This document shows positions 29,005 to 33,379 of a stretch of DNA of 33,379 bases, piece by piece. The DNA comes from Actinomycetota bacterium (GTDB taxonomy: Bacteria > Actinomycetota > Actinomycetes > Nanopelagicales > Nanopelagicaceae). Position 1 is the first letter of the stretch. Each line of letters opens with the position of its first letter. Position numbers and translations under genes: made by a program. The notes below the pieces were generated by a model. It saw nothing but the letters and a program-made list of their open reading frames with translations. It was not told the DNA's origin and made no database searches. Location: NCBI GenBank assembly GCA_041178105.1, contig JBEGVX010000007.1, positions 1 through 33,379 of the forward strand, in the 5' to 3' direction.

Positions 29005-30918
29005 CTACTTCACTTCGATGGTTATTACAGAATTAGGCTGAACGAGTGAGCCCTCACCTGGATTCACCTTGACTACCGTTAATTTCTTACCTTTTGGCAC
29101 CTTGGCTGGTTTGAGAACTTTGACAGAGAAGCCATAATCCTCGAGAAGTTTGATCGCTTTCATCTCTTCGCTTTTGAGCACTCCACTTGGAACTTTGATT
29201 TTCTCTGGACCTTTCGAGACTGTCAGAGCGACATCTGCTCCTTTTGCCAATTCAGGTTCGGTTGGGCTCTGTGCAATCACCGTTCCAATGGGGTATTTGT
29301 CACTGAACTCTTCCGTTTGTTTGACATCAAAGCCAGCTTCGGTGAGTTCATTTAGGGCTTGTTCATAATTTTTTCCGATGTAATTGGCGACGGCTACTAG
29401 CTCTGGCCCCTTACTAATCAGAAGGTTCACTTCACTGTTTTTCTTGACCATTGTCCCCGAGGTGGGTGAGCTAGAAATAATTTGATCCTTTGGAATTTTC
29501 GCGTCGAATTTAGACTGAGTGGAGCCGATGACTAATTTAACATTTGCTAATTCAATAGATGCCTGTGAAACGTTTTTACCTTTCAAGCTAGGCACCTTGT
29601 AGCGCTCGGCACCTTTGGATATTAAAATCGAAACACTCTCTCCTTCAGCAAGCCTGCTCCCAGCAGGAGGATCCATGCTGATGATTTTTCCTTTTGGAAT
29701 CTGCTCATCGAAGAGAGATTTCGATACCTTGACCTTAAATCCAAGTTTTCCAAGAGTTCGTTCCGCCTGTTGCTTTGTGCCGCCGATTACAGATGGGATT
29801 GCAATCTGTGAGCCTGGCCCGAAGAGTTGATACCAACCAGCTATTCCGATTGCGCCTGCGATTGCGAGCGCGACTAATCGATTCCGTCGAACTCGTCGCG
29901 AACTGCGCCTTCTAATTTGTCCCGAGTTATTAATTTGAGGATTAGTCATTTCACGCGGCACGCTCGCTACTGTAGCGCTCTTAATTTTCGATTTTTTAGA
30001 TTTAATTTCGCGCGCTGGCCTGCGGAGCTCCTCTGGAATTCCAAGGGGGAGGCTTAATTGCTGCTCATTGGGATCGAGAATGATTAGAGACTTGCGGATA
30101 TCGTCCTGAAATTCACGGGCGTTTTGGTAGCGCAATCCAGGGTCGGGAGTAGTGGCTCTTAGTACGAGGGTATCGATATCTCTAGTGATTGCGTTGTTGA
30201 GGGTGGATGGAGCCGGCACACGATCATGAACATGGCGATAGGCGATCTGAATTGGAGAATCACCTTCATATGGCTTCTTTCCGGTCAACATCTCAAAGAA
30301 GACGATTCCGAGAGAGTAGATATCACTCTTCTCATCAGCGATGCCACGTTGCACTTGCTCAGGGGCTAAATAGCCAACAGTCCCCATTAATACATTTGCA
30401 TCTGCCGTTAGCGTATTTCCAGTGCTAACGGCGCGAGCTAATCCAAAATCGCCAAGCTTCACCCGGCCATCGGCAGTAATCATGATGTTCTCAGGTTTGA
30501 TATCGCGATGAATGATTCCACGATGATGTGCATACGTCAGAGCAGAGAGCACTTGATCGAGGATTCCGAGCGCCTCTTTCGGATCTAACTGTCCAACGGC
30601 GAAAAGATGGTCACGCAAGGTTGCGCCAGGTATGTACTCCATAACGAGGAAGACTGCTGGAACGCCACCTTGATTCCATCCTTGGTCATAAACTTGAACG
30701 AGGTTGGGATGGGATAAACCTGCGGCAGCTTTTGCCTCGCGGATAAAACGAGATACGAACTCTTCATCAAGTGCGAGATTTTCGTGCATGATTTTGACTG
30801 CAACAGTGCGATCAAGGCGGGTATCAACAGCGGAATAGACCGTTGCCATTCCACCACGAGAGATAGCGCTCGTTATCTCATAGCGTCCATCAATGAGTTC
30901 GCCAATTCGCTCCGACAC
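29005..30918 (-). CDS. pknB: PASTA-domain Ser/Thr protein kinase (PknB/Stk1 family; PknL-like locus)
   Basis: GGMATVY, VAVK, HRDIKPEN, DFGLA, GYLAPE, one TM segment and about four PASTA repeats. TAGAAT -10 lies 6 nt before the GTG start. Confidence 0.92.
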   Translation of the reverse strand: MSERIGELIDGRYEITSAISRGGMATVYSAVDTRLDRTVAVKIMHENLALDEEFVSRFIREAKAAAGLSHPNLVQVYDQGWNQGGVPAVFLVMEYIPGATLRDHLFAVGQLDPKEALGILDQVLSALTYAHHRGIIHRDIKPENIMITADGRVKLGDFGLARAVSTGNTLTADANVLMGTVGYLAPEQVQRGIADEKSDIYSLGIVFFEMLTGKKPYEGDSPIQIAYRHVHDRVPAPSTLNNAITRDIDTLVLRATTPDPGLRYQNAREFQDDIRKSLIILDPNEQQLSLPLGIPEELRRPAREIKSKKSKIKSATVASVPREMTNPQINNSGQIRRRSSRRVRRNRLVALAIAGAIGIAGWYQLFGPGSQIAIPSVIGGTKQQAERTLGKLGFKVKVSKSLFDEQIPKGKIISMDPPAGSRLAEGESVSILISKGAERYKVPSLKGKNVSQASIELANVKLVIGSTQSKFDAKIPKDQIISSSPTSGTMVKKNSEVNLLISKGPELVAVANYIGKNYEQALNELTEAGFDVKQTEEFSDKYPIGTVIAQSPTEPELAKGADVALTVSKGPEKIKVPSGVLKSEEMKAIKLLEDYGFSVKVLKPAKVPKGKKLTVVKVNPGEGSLVQPNSVITIEVK

Positions 30919-30943
30919 TCTGAAATTCTATGAAAATAGCGGC

Positions 30944-31510
30944 TCAGGTGTTGGCAGGCGCTCCGTAGGGTAGATGTAATGTGCAATTCGCTCGATTCTG
31001 ATTCTGAGAAAAGAATTCTTTTTGCCGAGCAATCCAAGTGAGCATCTCCTTTTGGATATGCGTTCCATCTCGTTTTAAGACTCGCTCAAGTCCAAGTTCA
31101 ACGGGAATGTCCATCCAAATTGAAAGCTGCGCTGCGGATGCAACGCTCGGTAAGGCGCATCCCACCCCCTCAAGAATGATTAAAGGTGTCGCGGGTACCG
31201 TAATTCTCTCGCTGTAGCGCCCTGCTATCCAGTCATACTTCATGTACTGGACCGGCTCCGAACTATGTATCGGGTTGATGATCCCTTCGATGATTGTTCG
31301 CTCGAGCGTGGGGGTTAACGCATCCTCCCAGCCGTTGTATAAATCGTCGCAATGAATAATCTCGCCATACCCGAAAGTTGTCACTATCTCTTGAGCGAGA
31401 GTTGTTTTGCCTGCCCCAGCTGGTCCATCAATGATAATTAAAGCAGGAGGTGCGCTCGCACTTCTGTTGTGCAGTAGCGCAGTTATGCTATTGAGGAGAT
31501 CGTGCTGCAT
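30944..31510 (-). CDS. P-loop small-molecule kinase (uridine-kinase-like fold), substrate unknown
   Basis: IIIDGPAGAGKTTLA, IHCDDLY, YDW, IILEGVG, RVLKRDG; overlaps the upstream Pnu transporter by 23 nt. Confidence 0.8.
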   Translation of the reverse strand: MQHDLLNSITALLHNRSASAPPALIIIDGPAGAGKTTLAQEIVTTFGYGEIIHCDDLYNGWEDALTPTLERTIIEGIINPIHSSEPVQYMKYDWIAGRYSERITVPATPLIILEGVGCALPSVASAAQLSIWMDIPVELGLERVLKRDGTHIQKEMLTWIARQKEFFSQNQNRANCTLHLPYGAPANT

Positions 31511-32066
31511 TTTTATACCAACGGACCCAACCTAATATCGCTACTCCGGTGAAAATTAAGTAGACCAGAGAGGTGAAATATGCCTCACCACGGAAATACT
31601 GAATAGTGAGCACGATGTCGACGGCAAACCAGAGCGCCCACGTCTCCCATTTCTCTTTGACCATAATTACTTGCGCGATGAGACTGCCTAGTAGCCCAAA
31701 GGTGTCGCTCCAAATTGCAACAGCCCCAACTGATTTCAAGTAAGGCGCGAAGGCGAGCCAGCAAGCTGCAAATGCGAGAACAACAATTGCTCGACCCTTG
31801 AAGGAGAGGCTAGTTGGTTCTGCACCACTTTTTTTCCATGCAAACCAACCCCAGATACCGAAGGTAACGAAGATAAGTTGAGTAGCAAAAGATGCGAAGT
31901 ACTTGGCATCAAAGAACCAAATTGCATAGAGCGCAGAGCTTGCAATCCACCACGGCCACATCACTTTTCGTCCGGTAGTTCCCAGGTAGACAGCTATCAA
32001 CGAGGTGACGGCCGCTACGAATTCTAAAAGCGAAACTTGGTAGTTCCATGCGGTAAAGAGAATCAT
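31488..32066 (-). CDS. pnuC: PnuC-family vitamin transporter (probably thiamine-type PnuT)
   Basis: Multiple TM segments, GIWGWFAW, D(TF)...Q...WALWFAVD (WxxWxxxD), GWVRW. The start is ATG 32066 after SD GGAAGGGG, downstream of a TPP-like aptamer. Confidence 0.88.
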   Translation of the reverse strand: MILFTAWNYQVSLLEFVAAVTSLIAVYLGTTGRKVMWPWWIASSALYAIWFFDAKYFASFATQLIFVTFGIWGWFAWKKSGAEPTSLSFKGRAIVVLAFAACWLAFAPYLKSVGAVAIWSDTFGLLGSLIAQVIMVKEKWETWALWFAVDIVLTIQYFRGEAYFTSLVYLIFTGVAILGWVRWYKNAARSPQ

Positions 32067-32069
32067 CGG

Positions 32070-32155
32070 TACCCCTTCCAAATCCGCATTACCGGACTGG
32101 TTCTAACGGTCGGTGGCGTGCCACCCTCTCAGCCGTACTTCGGCTCCCGTGCAAT
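32070..32155 (-). ncRNA. TPP-riboswitch-like aptamer with variant P4/P5 internal loop
   Basis: RNA reads ACGGGAGCCGAAGUACGGCUGAGAGGGUGGCACGCCACCGACCGUUAGAACCAGUCCGGUAAUGCGGAUUUGGAAGGGGU. Elements: P2 ACGG/CCGU, P3 AGCCG/CGGCU, UGAGA, hairpin GGUGGC/GCCACC, P4 CCA/UGG, P5 UCCG/CGGA with loop GUAAUG. Confidence 0.85.
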
Positions 32156-32159
32156 TGAA

Positions 32160-32169
32160 AGGATAGCAT
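32160..32169. promoter_or_regulatory. Overlapping divergent -10 hexamers
   Basis: Minus-strand TATCCT (32165-32160) precedes the aptamer; plus-strand TAGCAT (32164-32169) lies 5 nt before ATG 32175. Confidence 0.5.
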
Positions 32170-32174
32170 TAGCT

Positions 32175-32516
32175 ATGCTCAAGTTCGGCTATCTGGCAAT
32201 GATTGCCTTTACGGTTGCTGGCTCATTCTGGCTTGAAATTTTTTTGAAAGTGGGAGTACTACGACGAATTAAACGTGTACTTCTGAGCATCCTGCCCGTC
32301 GCAACTCTTTTCATCATCTGGGATCTCTATGCAATCAGTAGAGGGCATTGGCATTTTGACAGCAAACAGATCCTTGGCATCTTCGGATTTGGCGGCATCC
32401 CACTGGAAGAATTTCTCTTCTTCACGGTAGTCCCATTAGCTGCAATCATGACGATTGAAGCGGTCGGAGTAGTGAAGCGAAAAAACAGCAAATGGAAGTT
32501 TGGTGATGAGAGGTGA
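32175..32516 (+). CDS. crtYc: Heterodimeric lycopene cyclase subunit (CrtYc type)
   Basis: Small membrane protein with IWDLYAI..GHWHF and GIPLEEFLFF. Start reassigned to ATG 32175. Confidence 0.85.
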   Translation: MLKFGYLAMIAFTVAGSFWLEIFLKVGVLRRIKRVLLSILPVATLFIIWDLYAISRGHWHFDSKQILGIFGFGGIPLEEFLFFTVVPLAAIMTIEAVGVVKRKNSKWKFGDER

Positions 32517-32824
32517 GCTACACCCAACTTGCGCTACTTGCTGTTCCCATAGCAATTCTCTTTGATCTCTTCATCACGCGGCGACGAATGATTCTGCGAC
32601 GGGCGTTTTGGACTTCCTACGCGATTATTTTGCCCTTTCAGTTACTCACCAACTGGTGGCTCACATCTCGAGAAATTGTGATGTATCGCGAGCAATTCAT
32701 CACTGGATTTCGAATTGCCAGCGCGCCAGTGGAAGATCTTTTATTTGGTTTCGCGCTAATTCTCGGGGTAATTACTTTGTGGATCTACTGGGGAGCGCGC
32801 GGCGTGCAGCAAGAGCGCGAGTGA
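32513..32824 (+). CDS. crtYd: Heterodimeric lycopene cyclase subunit (CrtYd type)
   Basis: MSYT, NWWLT, IVMY, G.RI..APVEDLLFGF; GTGA overlap with crtYc. Confidence 0.85.
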   Translation: MSYTQLALLAVPIAILFDLFITRRRMILRRAFWTSYAIILPFQLLTNWWLTSREIVMYREQFITGFRIASAPVEDLLFGFALILGVITLWIYWGARGVQQERE

Positions 32825-33379
32825 AAGCAGGAAGCGCAACAGACAGTCGTCTTGCTGTAGAAGTTTTCGCTCGCTTAGTAAATATTTGATAGTCAATTTT
32901 CTCAACCTCATCCACGATTCCACAGTAGAGCTCGCTAGCAGCTTCGATACAGGCTCGACTTTCAGGCGCGAGTAATTTGATACCTGGTGCTGCTTCACGT
33001 TGCAATTGGCGCACTCGTGCAATGTTGAACTTGAGCGCCTCTTTGATTTCTGGAGTGATAACCCGTTTTTTGAGCATCTCTTCATCAACGTTAAACGATT
33101 TCAATTCATCTAGTGGGAGGTAAATTCGCCCACGGTCTAGATCTTCGCCAACATCGCGGATGAAGTTAGCAAGCTGGAAAGCGATACCAAGCTTCTCTGC
33201 TGCAGGGTATGCATCGTCAGAGAGGGGCCCAAGGATTGGCACCATCTCTAGACCAATTACAGCGGCAGAGCCATAAACGTACTCCAGGAGATCTTCGTAC
33301 CTTTCGTACCGTGTCACGGAAATATCCATCGCCATCGATCGCAAAAATGCTTCAAAATGTTCAATAGGAATGTTAAATC
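32772..33379 (-). CDS. crtB: Phytoene synthase, 5'-truncated by window edge
   Basis: The frame is open to the window end (FNIPIEHFEAFLRSMAMD...); YVYGSAAVIG, LGIAFQLANFIRDVGEDLDRGRIYLP. Confidence 0.92.
   Translation of the reverse strand, partial: FNIPIEHFEAFLRSMAMDISVTRYERYEDLLEYVYGSAAVIGLEMVPILGPLSDDAYPAAEKLGIAFQLANFIRDVGEDLDRGRIYLPLDELKSFNVDEEMLKKRVITPEIKEALKFNIARVRQLQREAAPGIKLLAPESRACIEAASELYCGIVDEVEKIDYQIFTKRAKTSTARRLSVALPAFTRALAARRALPSRSTK

Noticed and set aside
32070-32155. FMN or NAD+-class riboswitch, as might be expected before a pnuC-family gene
   Set aside because: It lacks the FMN consensus blocks; the CUGAGA, GAACC and UAAUG elements and the helix order match the TPP architecture.

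Overview
Gene-dense core-genome window from an actinobacterium. Very short spacers, overlapping start/stop codons, many apparently leaderless genes and only moderate GC suggest a streamlined lineage, such as a freshwater Nanopelagicales-like organism; the taxonomy is inference. The + strand carries the conserved block DAK2(fakA)-recG-rsmD-coaD-sepIVA-yceD-rpmF-rnc-mutM-smc-ftsY-amt-glnK-ffh-rpsP-khpA-rimM-trmD-rplS-lepB-rnhB-yraN-comM-dprA-era. After it come an EamA transporter (-), a group III PFK, a class II DAHP synthase and ogt, then a minus-strand run of EamA, nfo, PASTA kinase, P-loop kinase and a Pnu-family transporter, and finally crtYc/crtYd convergent with a partial crtB. I found no mobile element, CRISPR array, tRNA or rRNA. 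Four observations stand out. (1) A TPP-riboswitch-like RNA upstream of the Pnu transporter and an orphan kinase keeps the pyrimidine-binding half but has a remodelled pyrophosphate-binding loop, so it may be a variant riboswitch and salvage system. (2) An unannotated 49-aa CxC/CxxC microprotein with its own leaderless promoter lies convergent on era. (3) A PafBC/RecA-NDp-type promoter and a 3x12-bp repeat precede yraN-comM-dprA. (4) Structured leaders precede rpsP and rplS.
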